The translations under genes were made by a program, and so were the position numbers. Below are positions 23,231 to 36,025 of a DNA stretch of 64,000 bases, in pieces; the first letter of the stretch is position 1; the number at the start of each line of letters is the position of its first letter. The notes under the pieces were generated by a model that was given only the letters and a program-made list of their open reading frames with translations, ran no database searches and was not told where the DNA came from. Source of the stretch: Haliotis cracherodii (lineage: Eukaryota); NCBI RefSeq assembly GCF_022045235.1, contig NW_027266343.1, positions 32,984,001 through 33,048,000 on the forward strand, given 5' to 3'.

Positions 23231-24585
23231 ATATGAATTAAGACGTGTTTGTTAATAATTAAGCGCAATAATAAATCAGCCATAACCCATAAACCATCAG
23301 CGTTCACCGATCCTTTATCCTCAAAATACATTTCTCACATTTTCTTATCAGTGACTGTACGTGCTCCGAAACCACATCGGCCCTGTGTAAATTAAGAATA
23401 TAATTGTTCTTATAAATAGGTGGGAGTGTCTGAAAGACTGCAGGCAATATATACGACAAAAACTGGAACGGTATACTGTTATTTATGCTAACTATATTTC
23501 TACGAACGTGATGCATCTTAAAAAGAAATCCACATTTATTTTTCTGATTTGTTTGCTCACGAAATTGATTTGACACGGACGACTTTAATGCGTTTCGTGG
23601 GCACGTGGGAAGCATGCGGAGCCCAGTCTTAGTGACATGTACAAGGCAGAACTTGTCACTTGTATCACGCCACAAGCCGGGTTACAACTCCGTTGACACT
23701 GTCTCAATCCGCGTAATTACTACGCCGAATCCTTCTGCCCTAGCTTCTTAGCGCCGCGGCAATTTACTGCGCTTAGCCGTGAATAAGAGGTGTTCGTTCT
23801 CACTCTTATATTTGCTCATTACGATCAAGAATTTGCCTAATTATCACCAATTTTCTCTGAAATGTAGCAGTTTGCCGAGATAAGCTAAAAGCCTCGGGAC
23901 GTGCAGTTGACAATGAGGTAGCGTAGATAAGACAGAGGTCTGGGCAGAGGGGCGAGTATGCACCAAGGAACTGTTCTGGGCTATCGATGTTAGGGAGCAC
24001 CTGCAACTCTGGGGGACTGCCAGATTGACTGATTGTCACACCCGCACACGTAATGCATTAGAAGTCCGTACCCAGGTGTTGGATAACAGTAAATGGGTTT
24101 ATTTTTTGCATTACCTCTACATATTTCCCACTTAGTTGATATTTGAGATTGGGTATCAGCTACATGGTGTTTCTATGCTTCGGTTGAGGCCCACGCGCCG
24201 TCATAAATCTTTTGACAAGTCAAAGAAAACCAAGCCTCTATTATTGATCGACAAGTGGCAGTATTAGACGAAGTCTGAAACGAGTTAAGCTTTGATCATG
24301 TGAAATAATAGACCTTGTATACCCTTGAAACGAGGATTAACAGAGCAATAACGACTTCTTATTCGTCATCAATAGTATAATGTAGTTAAAGAGCTTCCTC
24401 CTCATTATATAAACCGCTGGTTGGGAACAGGCGTCAAGCTTTCTTTTAGAAAGCAAATCACATCACAAATAAATGATTCCTTGATTTATTGGTAGTTTAA
24501 CGTTCTGCAATCGCAGGTTAAAGACATCAGGACACACACCCTGTACTCTTACAAGACGACGATATTTGAGCCACTGATAAAATGG

Positions 24586-25113
24586 AGTGAGTGAGTTGGG
24601 TTTAACGCAGCTTTTATCGGTATCGGCGTGTCAGCTTAATGTGGGAGGAAAGTCCGCCAGTGTTGCAGGTCTCAGACGTTTACCACTTTGGTGAAATCCA
24701 CAAGCATGAGCATGGGACCGTGCTGACAAACCTAAAAACATTATCCGGGCGAAGCGCAATTCGAACCCACGATTGTAGCTTTCGTGGGTGCCCAAGGCAC
24801 GCAACTCTGCACATCGAATTGTGGCGCCTTAGGGTGAGTGAGTGAGTTGGGTTTAACGCCGCTTTTAACATTATTCCAGTTATGTCACGGCGTGTCAGCT
24901 TAATGTGGGAGGAAAGCCTGAAGTGATGCAGGTCTCCGACGTTTATCACTTCGGTGAAACCCATGAGCACGGGTATGGTGCTGACAAACCTAGAAACATA
25001 ATCGGGTCGAACCGGGATTCGAACCCACAATCATAGGTTTCTGGCGAGCCCAAGGGACGCAACTCTACACAGCGAATCGCGGCACCTTAGACGACTGGGC
25101 CACCCGTGCCCCC
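24586..25113 (-). mobile_element. Two head-to-tail SINE family A copies (24586-24832 older and clipped; 24833-25113 full-length)
   Basis: Each has a (GAGT)n tail and the family A body on the minus strand. Confidence 0.85.
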
Positions 25114-25302
25114 GAATGGTATTTGAAGTTCATCAAAACCACAAGTAGCAGATGGGATTATGACATGATAATTTTTGCATAGATTGGAACGGTTTAGCAT
25201 AAAAAATGAATTTCAAGTTTGTTTCCCAATCGTGGGACCAGAAAGGAAAATACTAGCTTGATGTTGCAGAGATAGCGTACATACAAGGATTGCTGCTTTC
25301 AG

Positions 25303-25472
25303 ATGCATCTCCTGCCATTTTCTTCCCTTCCTGGAGGAAACCAAAAAGGAACAGGACGGCCTTCACCCCTTCCCAACTCCTGAAGCTGGAGCGGGCGTTT
25401 GGCAGCAACCACTACGCCGTTGGGCAGGAGAGACGTGATCTCGCCAACAACCTTGACCTGACAGAAACACAG
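25303..25472 (+). CDS. Emx: Emx-like homeobox gene, exon 2 (homeodomain residues 1-44)
   Basis: Acceptor ctttcAG. Encodes ...[51 protein letters not shown], compared with Emx [38 protein letters not shown].LTETQ. Donor CAG|GTAGGA at the conserved Q44/V45 intron position. Confidence 0.92.
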
Positions 25473-26100
25473 GTAGGAAGGGTTGAAGGTCGGGCATTCA
25501 GATGTACGGGCATTGGAGGGGTGGACAGTCAGACATACAGAAACACGGGTATGCACGGGTATTGGAGGGGTGGACAGTCAGACATTCAGACATTTAGAAA
25601 CACGTGTATGTAGAAGGGGTGGACAGTCAGACATTCAGAAACACGTGTGTGTAGGAAGGGAGGACAGTCAGATATTCAGAAACACGGGTGTGCAGGAGGG
25701 GTGGACAGTCGGACATTCAGAAACACGGATACATGGGAGGTGTGAATAGACAAAACGTTAGAAACACGGGTATGTAGGAGGGGTTGACAGACAGACATTG
25801 AGAAACACGTGTATGTGGGAAGGGTTGACAGTTGGACATTCAGACACGGGTATATAGGAGGGGTGGACAGTCAGACATTGAGAAACACGTGTATGTGCGA
25901 AGGGTTGACAGTTGGACATTTAGACACGGGTATATAGGAGGGGTGGACAGTCAGACATTGAGATACACGTGTATGTGGGAAGGGTTGACAGTTGGACATT
26001 CAGACACGGGTATATAGGAGGGGTGGACAGTCAGACATTGAGAAACACGCGTATGTGAAAGGGGTTGACAGTTGGACATTCAGAAACACGGGTAGAAGGG
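25462..26100. repeat. About 40-bp G-rich minisatellite (79-bp dimer in part) beginning at the Emx exon 2 donor
   Basis: Unit approximately GGAGGGGTGGACAGTCAGACATTCAGAAACACGGGTATGTA. Confidence 0.9.
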
Positions 26101-28479
26101 TGGGCCCGTGGGGTGGGCGGTCCCTGTGACGAAACGCCAACCAGAGATGGTTCTGGAGACAGTACGACAGACAAAGAGTACAATACAGTGTACACGCTAT
26201 CACCAGGAGCAAGGGAGACATCGATGCTGTTAAGAGTTATGAATCAAACGTAAAATCATCGCACACGTGGAAACTCCTCAGACATCACACAGAACATCAC
26301 GCTGGGCTTGACATAGACTAACATTAAGTCTCTGAAATCTTATATTACACAATATCCTTCTTGACTCTAAAAATAAAAAAAATCCCTATGTGGAATAGAG
26401 CTAGGTTGAGCTGGCTAGACTTGCTTTTGTATGCATTTCTAGATTATTATTTTTTCATATAAATATAAATATATTCCACGGTCATGGTGCAGGACTAGGC
26501 TTGACAATCCATATTCCCTGACCGAAGTTTACAAAATTATGATAGTGTGAGTTTCACAGATCATGAAACATTCAACTTTGCTATGTCACATTCAGGACAG
26601 ATCGATCTCATGAAGAACTCTTTTAGTCCCAAATACTGCACAGTGTAATGATTCAAATATATCTTTTAAAAATAGTTTAAACTCCATTTAAACCAAGTTA
26701 AACACCGCCGTACGTTTTACAGTAAAGTTGTCGCGACTTCCATGTTTTCGGATTAACAAGTCACACCCTTATGTATTAATATAAAGGTTATCAACAGCTT
26801 TCGACCGGTATATTGAGAGTCCGGTTTAACGAGGTTTCGTTGTTTGCCAAAACAAAGTATGACAGTTTGTATATTACCCAATGAAAGAGAAGAACGGCAC
26901 GAATAACCTTGGAAGAAGTCTGGTGACTATTTAAAATCATTAATAAGCACAACTTGATCAAATATGAGTCTCGGTTCTATTGCTGCATTATACACTATCG
27001 TGTGACCATCCTTGACATTTCTAAATAATATCCTTTTAATAAATCATCAGTCACACACCGGAATGATAATATTCATTTTCAGGCGGCTGGTTCCCAGGTT
27101 TGTTAACAATCCATGTTAGAGACAGTTGAATGCCGTATTACATCAGACACGAAGCACCGTTGGCAGAGCACACCTCACGGTCGGCGGGCCGCTGAGTGGG
27201 GCACAATACCCCTGAAACACTGGATACCGTTATAAACGTTATCAAACGGTAGTTTTAAAACGCCTGGGTGGTTTTGATGGGGGTGAATACAATCGTAATT
27301 ATTGACACTTGAGCACCCCGACTTGCGCGTTCAGCGATACTTTATCAATAAACCAATTACAAAAACATTGGCGTCGGGTCCCGGATGTCATCTTGAATCG
27401 GGCTATTACTAATATTGAATGAAATGATAAATTTTGTGTCCAGTGTCAAAGTGGAGATCGGTGTCCACCCATTAGAGCACACACTTTACTAATGACTCTG
27501 AAATCTGATAAATACGGATTTTCTAGTTTGATAGTCGAAATAAAATTTCGAACGTTGAATGGATATTAGCGAAAATGTGATGTTAAGTGTGCGTAAACAA
27601 TATCTTATTTCTTCACAATGCCTGTATCTAGTGGAGCGAAGATAAGAATCGCTAATTTAGCCCAGTGTAATGAATATTTGAGCTGTGGTATGACTGCAGT
27701 GTTTCAACTCGAGTGGGTTCTTTTCGGTGAGGTTTTGGAGCGTTGTCGCACGTCACGTCGGGGCAGTATGTCACACCGCTCAAACACAGGGATTAGTTAC
27801 TGGGATTAGTGCCATTGTGGAACCTAATCCAAACGCCGAAGCTCGACACCATGCAAGATATTGTACTACGCTTCATGTTTAAGTATTTAACCACCGATTC
27901 ATACTCCAATCGTTGCGTTATTAATTCTGTTAAATGATTAATTAACGTAAGTCAGTGTATATGGATCCCGATTCTTTGTAATTGTTTAGTTATCGAAATA
28001 ATCAGGGAATAAGATAGTGAATCGATATTGTTTTCATCAATGGTAAATCATATACTCGAGGGTTGAAGTCACGAGCTCACAGAGCTCTTGAGGACATCAA
28101 TTTCCCGTGTTTAACGCCATATGACAAAAATATATTGCCGTGATCGTCGTGTTGGGTCCAAGGGGAGGACCAGACATAATATGACCCAAGAGAGTCTCCG
28201 CTCAGCGAATGACGGGAGTCATTAATGTGTAATGTCTGTTTTAGATGAAATGAAACTATTAATGATTTTACATCACAACAACAAACGTCTGTCATAGCGT
28301 AGTCACGTGCATCTGATGTGACGGCAATGCCAACTCCTTTGTCGTAAATGCAATGTCAAGAGAGTGGGTGAGTGAGTGATGTGATTCGGTGGGCGGTTGA
28401 GTGAGTGTGCGCGTTTGTTCCATTTCAAGACGTGTTACGTGAAAATGCTGTTTGATTTAAACCAACTGGTGAGTCAAAC

Positions 28480-28592
28480 CAGGGCCCCGTTCCACAAAGC
28501 GATCTTAGCGCTACGATTGTCGTAAGTCAGTGTTAAAGAATGGGAGTTACGACCGACTTAGCGCTAAGGTCACTTTGTGCAACGGGGCCCAG
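28480..28592. mobile_element. About 110-bp MITE family (GGGCCCCGTT.CACAAAG.GATCTTAGCGCT TIRs); relatives at 35913-36025 and 42100-42214
   Basis: About 32-bp imperfect TIRs with CWG-type flanks, seen in three related copies. Confidence 0.75.
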
Positions 28593-28649
28593 GAGCTTAA
28601 CGTGAAGACGGATCTTGCCAAGACCTGACCTGACCCACCATGGCGCATG

Positions 28650-28796
28650 GAGTGAGTGAGTATGGTTTTACGCCGCTTTAAGCAATATTCCAGCAATATC
28701 ATGGCGGTGGACACCAGAAATGGGCTTCACACATTGTACCAATGTCGGGAATCGAACCGGGTCTTCGGCGTAACGAGCCACTAAGCTACCCGCCCC
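28650..28796 (-). mobile_element. SINE family B
   Basis: Homologous to family B. Confidence 0.85.
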
Positions 28797-29061
28797 TTTC
28801 ACACGGATGGTATTCTAGGTGATGTCTTACCTGTAAGCTTACAAAATCAAAGACAGACATTTCCATAAACATCAAAAGCTTGAGCCGGGTGTTATTTTCA
28901 CCAAAATATTATAATGATGATCAGCTCAATATCACCATGTCACCACAGATGTAAAACGTCTGATTTATCCATAGTATAGAAAAAGATGAATGATATTTGT
29001 TTGCATATAAGTGTTTTGTTACGAGACATCTCAAACCTGTAATTTCAAAACCTCAATGTGT

Positions 29062-29285
29062 GTTTGTTTATTGTTTAACGCCGCACTCTGCAATATTCAA
29101 GCGATATGACGGCTGTCTGTAAATAGTCGAGTCTGGTCCAGCCAATCCAGTGATTGCTATCATGAGCATCGATCCACGCAAATGGGATAGTATTGCGATG
29201 AAATGCATCATCCAAGTCAGCGAGCTTGACAACCCGATCCCGTTAGTCGCCTCTTACGACAAGCATGGGTTGCTGAAGACCGATC
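29062..29285 (-). mobile_element. SINE-like family C, single-hairpin variant, 5'-clipped
   Basis: Homologous to family C. Confidence 0.8.
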
Positions 29286-31139
29286 TTCAATGGAGGTCAA
29301 CGCAGTAGGAATAATCAGAATTATCTGCCCGATACCATAGGACCTAAAATGCATAATAGTGATCAAAAAATAAAATATATTGACATCAGGTGTTCGCGAA
29401 AATGGTGAGCATGCAACCAATGGCATTAACCATAAATAATAAAAGTAAAATAACTGATACATTAATGTTCACAATAAAAATATATATCAATTCCGACAAA
29501 TATAAAACCGTTATTCACCTAAAACGTAAAACTGTAACGTTCATGGCATTAGGACCGCAACAGCCTTTGTTATAGCCCTTGTTACATTTGATATCCTGCT
29601 GAACCCGAATTCGGCTCATCCGAAGCAACACGATACAGTACCATGAGAGTCGACAACCTGGGATACCTGCCCCCACCACCCCCGCATTCCAAGCAATGTT
29701 ACCCCGAAACTTTTGTTTAAAGAGTAGGGACTAAACGGAGCCGTTGGGTTTCTATTGTTCCACATCTTGTCCCTATTTGAGTGACAGCATCGAAACAAAT
29801 GACGGCACTCATTATAGCTAGCTTGTGAAGTGTCCTAGCCAACACTATCAAATTCCCAAGTACTAAATAGCTCCAATACCTGACTTGGTATACATGAACG
29901 TCCAATAGGGATTTCAGCCCTTGTAACCACAGCGGACGATCTGGCTAATTGTTCCTCGGCAAATTACTTGTCCATTTTTCTGTTATTAGGAAGGTAACAA
30001 CCCCCAGATCAAAGGCCAGTTCGGGTGATCATGGGCCGGAGCCTGTCAAATGGATGTGTTTTCCTTGTCTCGCATTACACACAGGAACGTCAGAAGGGCT
30101 TGGCGTCTTCCCCATACAGCGCGTCCTCGCGAGGACAGAATAAAACCTGTCACCACGCTTGTACGCTGAAGACAGATTAGGTTTTTTTCACAGCCACTCG
30201 ATACCCTATTAAAGATACTTAACGCCATTAAGCCAGGATAGTGGCTGTCATGTTGAGAAGCAAAATATCCACAGTCATTATACACGTTTAATGAATTTTT
30301 GATATACCCATTTCGACGTATTATTTTGTTGAGTGTGTCTATGAATCATAGTGTCAAATCGGCCTATTGTGATATGGTAATTGATTACCTAAAGGATACG
30401 CTTCATATCTTATTCAAACCAGTCATTAGGGAAATAGTCTGCTAACACGAACTTCCTTTGGACCCCCCAGCAATTAGTATCCTTCGTCACCTAGTCAGAC
30501 GATGGAGCAGTTCGTTGTTTAGCCAACAATACCAGACGACAAACACCCTTTGTCATTCAGCGTTAATGTCGCCAGTGAATATCACACTGCTTGATAAATA
30601 AATGAAGAGATTGTAATCAATTTGTATTCAGAAATGATAGAAAATTAGGTAATATTACATTACATCATAGCATTATTGGGGTCCGTCGGCTCGAACTCTA
30701 CCGGGATTTAACGCCTAGCAAAACGTACAATGGCTGCGCACGGATAAGTCCGATTACTAAATAGTAGCCTATCGTCTGGTTAATATTTTAATTAAATGGC
30801 CGTCTCTCAGGATTTTCGTATTCAGGATGGCCATGACAAACAGTTTTTTATGTTATTTTAACACTTATTCTTTAGTCAGTTCCTATGTTACAATGCTTCC
30901 CATGTGTAATCTAATACTAGTATACATTCAAATTTATTAATTGACTTGAATTTATTCCTGTAGCAGGTAGACCTACATGTGCATATAGGTTTGCGAAGCA
31001 TGTGTGTACACGCTTGAATACGTTATCACTCATTGACATTTGCTTACATGGATGAAGTACATGCATTCTGTATGCGTTCTGAGTCACTGGGGCCTCACAT
31101 CGCCTTTCTATCTGACGTTTAAGTGCAGGTGTTCGAACC

Positions 31140-33123
31140 TTGGTCAAGAAAGGTACTAGCGCGTGTATCAAGTAAGGTACTAAAGCGTGTATCAGTAAGG
31201 TACTAGTGCGTGTATCAAGTAAGGTACTAGAGCTTGTATCAAGTAAGGTACTAGCGCGTGTATCAGTAACCAGGCCGTGTATCAAGTAAGGTACTAGAGC
31301 GTGTATCAAGTAAGGTACTAGCGCGTGTATCAGTAACCAGGGCTTGTATCAAGTAAGGTACTAGCGCATGTATCAAGTAAGGTACTAGCGCGAGTATCAA
31401 GTAAGGTACTAAAGCGTGTATCAAGTAAGGTACTAGAGCGTGTATCAAGTAAGGTACTAGCGCGTGTATCAAGTAAGGTACTAGAGCGTTTATCAAGTAA
31501 GGTACTAGCGCGTGTATCAAGTAAGGTACTACCGCGTGTATCAAGTAAGGTACTAGCGCGTGTATCAAGTAAGGTACTAGCGCGTGTATCAAGTAAGGTA
31601 CTAGAGCGTGTATCAGTAAGGTACTAGCGCGTGTATCAAGTAAGGTACTAGCGCGTGTATCAAGTAAGGTTCTAGAGCGTGTATCAAGTTCAGTACTAGC
31701 GCGTGTATCAAGTAAGGTACTAGCGCGTGTATCAAGTAAGGTACTAGAGCGTGTATCAAGTAAGGTACTAGAGCGTATTAAGGTACACGCGCGTATCAAG
31801 GTACTAGAGCGTGTATCAAGTAAGGTACTAGAGCGTATTAAGGTACACGCGCGTATCAAGGTACTAGAGCGTGTATCAAGTTAGGTACTAGAGCGTGTAT
31901 CAAGTAAGGTACTAGAGCGTGTATCAAGTAAGGTACTAGCGCGTGTATCAAGTAAGGTACTAGTGCGTGTATCAAGTAAGGTACTAGAGCTTGTATCAAG
32001 TAAGGTACTAGCGCGTGTATCAGTAACCAGGCCGTGTATCAAGTAAGGTACTAGCGCGTGTATCAAGTAAGGTTCTAAAGCGTGTATCAAATAAGGTACT
32101 AGAGCGTGTATCAAATAAGGTACTAGAGCGTGTATCAAGTAAGGTACTAGAGCGTGTATCAAGTAAGGTACAAGCGCGTGTATCAAGTAAGGTACTAGCG
32201 CGTGTATCAAGTAAGGTTCTAAAGCGTGTATCAAGTAAGGTACTAGAGCGTGTATCAAGTAAGGTACTAGCGCGTGTATCAAGTAAGGTACTAGTGCGTG
32301 TATCAAGTAAGGTACTAGAGCTTGTATCAAGTAAGGTACTAGCGCGTGTATCAGTAACCAGGCCGTGTATCAAGTAAGGTACTAGAGCGTGTATCAAGTA
32401 AGGTACTAGCGCGTGTATCAGTAACCAGGGCTTGTATCAAGTAAGGTACTAGCGCGTGTATCAAGTAAGGTACTAGCGCGAGTATCAAGTAAGGTACTAG
32501 CGCGAGTATCAAGTAAGGTACTAAAGCGTGTATCAAGTAAGGTACTAGAGCGAGTATCAAGTAAGGTACTAGCGCGAGTATCAAGTAAGGTACTAAAGCG
32601 TGTATCAAGTAAGGTACTAGAGCGAGTATCAAGTAAGGTACTAGCACGAGTATCAAGTAAGGTACTACCGCGAGTATCAAGTAAGGTACTAGCGCCAGTA
32701 TCAAGTAAGGTACTAAAGTGTGTATCAAGTAAGGTACTAGTGCGTGTATCAAGTAAGGTACTAGAGCGTGTATCAAGTAAGGTACTAGCGCGTGTGTCAA
32801 GTAAGGTACTAGCGCGTGTATCAAGTAAGGTACTAGAGCGTGTATCAAGTAAGGTACTAGAGCGTTTATCAAGTAAGGTACTAGAGCGTGTATCAAGTAA
32901 GGTACTAGAGCGTTTATCAAGTAAGGTACTAGCGCGTGTATCAAGTAAGGTACTAGAGCGTTTATCAAGTAAGGTACTAGCGCGTGTATCAAGTAAGGTA
33001 CTAGCGCGTGTATCAGTAACCAGGGCTTGTATCAAGTAAGGTACTAGCGCGTGTATCAAGTAAGGTACTAGAGCGTTTATCAAGTAAGGTACTAGCTCGT
33101 GTATCAAATAAGGTACTACAGCG
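31140..33123. repeat. 24-bp minisatellite (GTATCAAGTAAGGTACTAGCGCGT), about 80 units, in Emx intron 2
   Basis: Direct tandem array; it accounts for the LIHALVPY/DTRASTLL ORFs. Confidence 0.96.
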
Positions 33124-34130
33124 TGATCTTGATTCATTTATATCATTGAATTTCTGTCCCTTTTGACACTAATGTGATTGACCAGATTCGGGAAAAACAT
33201 GGCAAATATGCAAACCTCGCTTTCCAAATGTCAAGCTTGCATCCCAAGTACCAAGTTGTCAGACTCCCCATTGTTCTCGCTGCCCTAGGTTTGGTACCTT
33301 CCAATCTGTTGACTGACATTGATATTGGGAGAGTACCCGTATTTGCTACCAGGAATACAGCCCTTCTGACAATCTGGGTAATGCAGAAGGCTGCAGTGTT
33401 GGGGGTTCGACTAGACAGCGCTTCCTGGGATGCCCAGCTTTGGCACAAACACAGTATCTTAAACGACATGATGGTGTAGCTCGATCATTTTATTACCGTC
33501 TTCGCCATGCTTGTGGTTTTGACACAGAGGTCCATCCATGGTACGACCCAGAATATGTAGTGGGGCGTCATGGAAAATGATAAATAAAACATTCTTTGGA
33601 TAGGCCCATTTACAGCCTCGGACGTATCCAGGCCAACCAACCTGATCTTGTCCTTTCTTATAAATCCAAAGAAATCATTTATATCATTGAATTTTCTGTT
33701 CCCTTTGACACCAATGTGATTGACAAGATTGAAGAAAAACTTGGCAAATATGCAGACCTCGCTTTCGAAATGTCACGCTTGCATTCCAAGTACCAAGTTG
33801 TCCGACTCCCCATTGTTCTCGGTGCTTTAGGTTTGGTACCTCCCAATCTGTTGACTGACATTGGGAGAGTACCCGGATTTGCTACCAGGAATACAGCCCT
33901 TCTGACAATCTGGGTAATGCAGAAGGCTGCAGTGTTGGGGAGTTTTCACATTCTCTCAAAAGTTCTGGGTGGGTTTGACTAGGCAGCGCTTCCTGGGAGA
34001 AGTTCCATTCGCTGTCTGGGCTGCGTGTAGAGGGGGCAAAGGCCCTGAGCTGATGATGAGCCTAACCAGCCTGACCGTGCCAGGATCACCCAGACCCTCT
34101 TTGCTGCATTTTTTATTTTAATCTTTAAAT
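33124..34130 (+). mobile_element. Degenerate R4/Dong-like non-LTR retrotransposon 3' end (restriction-like endonuclease), tandemly duplicated
   Basis: Reads GCPALAQTQYLKRHDGVA...PWY...ENDK*NILWDRPI...ANQPDLV...IIEFSVPFD.NV..K.EEK..KY.DL..E...PIVLGALG...QKAAVLGSFHILSKVL, i.e. the end of the CCHC motif, RHD and the PD-(D/E)xK RLE domain. Stops and frameshifts are present, and a second partial copy lies at 33124-33430. Confidence 0.85.
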
Positions 34131-34179
34131 GATGATGATGATGATGATGATCATGATCATGATCATGATCATGATCATG
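34130..34179. repeat. (GAT)n grading into (GATCAT)n microsatellite
   Basis: Direct reading; lies immediately 3' of the R4-like element. Confidence 0.9.
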
Positions 34180-34734
34180 TTGGTGTCAATCAGGAAATAA
34201 TCACACATCCTTCAAATGTGTCGCAACATCTCAATCACTAAACAATCTTCGCCTTTATATGCTCAGACTACTTTCAACTCGGGCATTTCAGTAATTACAA
34301 AAGTAATAACGCTCCCGTAAAAATGTATAACACGATTTGCAGGTTTAGATAAGCCAGTCAAGGCTGTCATTTATGAAACAGCGTTGTTCCTCCTGGGGTC
34401 AAAGTACGGTACACAACACCCAGCTGCTCGACTGCAGCAACTGTTATCTCGATATCAATGTAAGTACAACATATGTTAGTTTATTACATTATACAGATAT
34501 GGGAGGCGTACTTTATCATGTGGTGGGTGATGGAAGGAGGCGTGTGTGGTCGGGGAAGGGTGTAGATGGGGGAGGAGGGAAGGGGAGGGGGGAGAGTGAC
34601 AGATATGTTGGGTTGAGGCAAAGGAAATGGAGTCGACCTCGTTCACTAGACTCAGCTTTTAGCAGATATTTCTAACGATTATCGAAAGGGTTTATTTTCA
34701 TGAATGACATTTCTGTCAATAATAAAGGGATGCA

Positions 34735-35015
34735 TACAGTTAAACCTTGTTAATTCGGACGAATCTGTTTCAAGTGAAATCGTTTCAATTAGCGCTTTCT
34801 CGTATTCATGAATCATAGAGAGTCAAACACCGTTGTGTCGATGTTGAGGGGACCTATGTAAATTCTTCGAGTTATCCGAGGTTCGACACAACCGAAAAGG
34901 AAGAGGGAATACGCAGGGACCAATTTTTAACTTCGAGACAAGCGTAAGTTCGACATACGCAGGGACCAATCTTTAACTTCGAGACAAGCGTAAGTTCGAC
35001 ACATCAAAGTTCGAA
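34735..35015. mobile_element. pogo/Tigger-like MITE remnant with repeated TTCGA motifs and an internal tandem duplication of about 48 bp
   Basis: Starts TA-CAGTTAAACC. ATACGCAGGGACCAAT..TTAACTTCGAGACAAGCGTAAGTTCGAC is repeated twice. Confidence 0.45.
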
Positions 35016-35567
35016 TTTGTCTATATATGTATGTAGACGACCTCAACAGTAACGGTCAGGGGTCAGGATATGCTACTAGTGACGATGTGTTTCACCAGCA
35101 TTGGTTATACATTTGCAATATGATATTATTACTTGGTTGCCAGTGGGTATTATCTACATCAGATTGTTGCTAATTTCAAAAGATGATGTTGGGTTAGGGG
35201 TGTCACGGTAAATCGAAATATCGATATATTGTCATTTGTAGGCGCTTAAAGTAAAACAATCGATTGTTAAATCAGTTTCCGATCAAAAGTATCGATTTCA
35301 GTTAGGAATATTGATAGTTTCGATTGTATTTACCATATCAATAAAATACATGCAGTGGTGTTAAAATGAGTTTTTCTTTGGATCATGAGTGGTAGTAATT
35401 TACAGGTTTCTTTTTCGTAAATTATCAGGGTAAAGAAAAAACAAATCAATCATATCTCAAAACTTACTTTTTATTTGTTGTTATAGTTATCACATTCAAA
35501 GGAAACTTCAGATCCAAGGTTTAATTCATCTCTAAAATCCATCTATATTTTACGCAATAGTTGCTTA

Positions 35568-35700
35568 CAATATCAATAGTTATCGCAATAGTTTCTTTCA
35601 ATATCAATAGTTATCGCAATAGTTTCTTTCAATATCAATAGTTTTTTTTAGTTTTTTTTTAATAGTTTTTATTCAATATCAATAGTTATCGCAATAGTGA
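35568..35700. repeat. Short AT-rich tandem repeat (CAATATCAATAGTTATCGCAATAG...)
   Basis: Three to four imperfect units of about 31 bp. Confidence 0.7.
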
Positions 35701-35912
35701 TTTCCAGACCAATAGTCTTAGGTGAGTATCAATATATATTGGCCATGAGTTCTAGAGAGACAGTGTATTATTTGGGGAGCATCAATATATATTAAAATTT
35801 TGTCATAAGTTGCCTATAATTTTTGTTTGGCGAGCATCCTTTGTATTGCTGATGAGTTGGGTATCTGGTGTGTTTGATGAGCATCAATATGCAGTGGCCA
35901 TGAGATAGATAT

Positions 35913-36025
35913 CTGGGTGCCGTTGTACAAAGTGATCTTAGCGCTGAGGTGATGTAACTCCCATACCTTAACATAGACTTACGGAAAGTCGTAGAGCTCA
36001 GGTTGTTTTGTACAACGGCACCCTG
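35913..36025. mobile_element. MITE, same family as 28480
   Basis: TIRs GGGTGCCGTTGTACAAA ... TTTGTACAACGGCACCC. Confidence 0.75.

Noticed and set aside
25473-25613. Read-through ORF extension after TETQV as the real Emx C-terminus
   Set aside because: It is intronic minisatellite; the true helix 3 exon is at 41150.
14720-33123. Tandem arrays as CRISPR-like loci
   Set aside because: The units are contiguous with no unique spacers, there are no cas genes, and the context is eukaryotic.
30917-33137. Long ORFs of LIHALVPY / DTRASTLL repeats
   Set aside because: They are by-products of a 24-bp tandem repeat with no stop in some frames; there is no gene structure.
34045-34085. CTGATGA in the R4-like 3' UTR as a hammerhead ribozyme core
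   Set aside because: There is no downstream GAAA or stem II/III arrangement.
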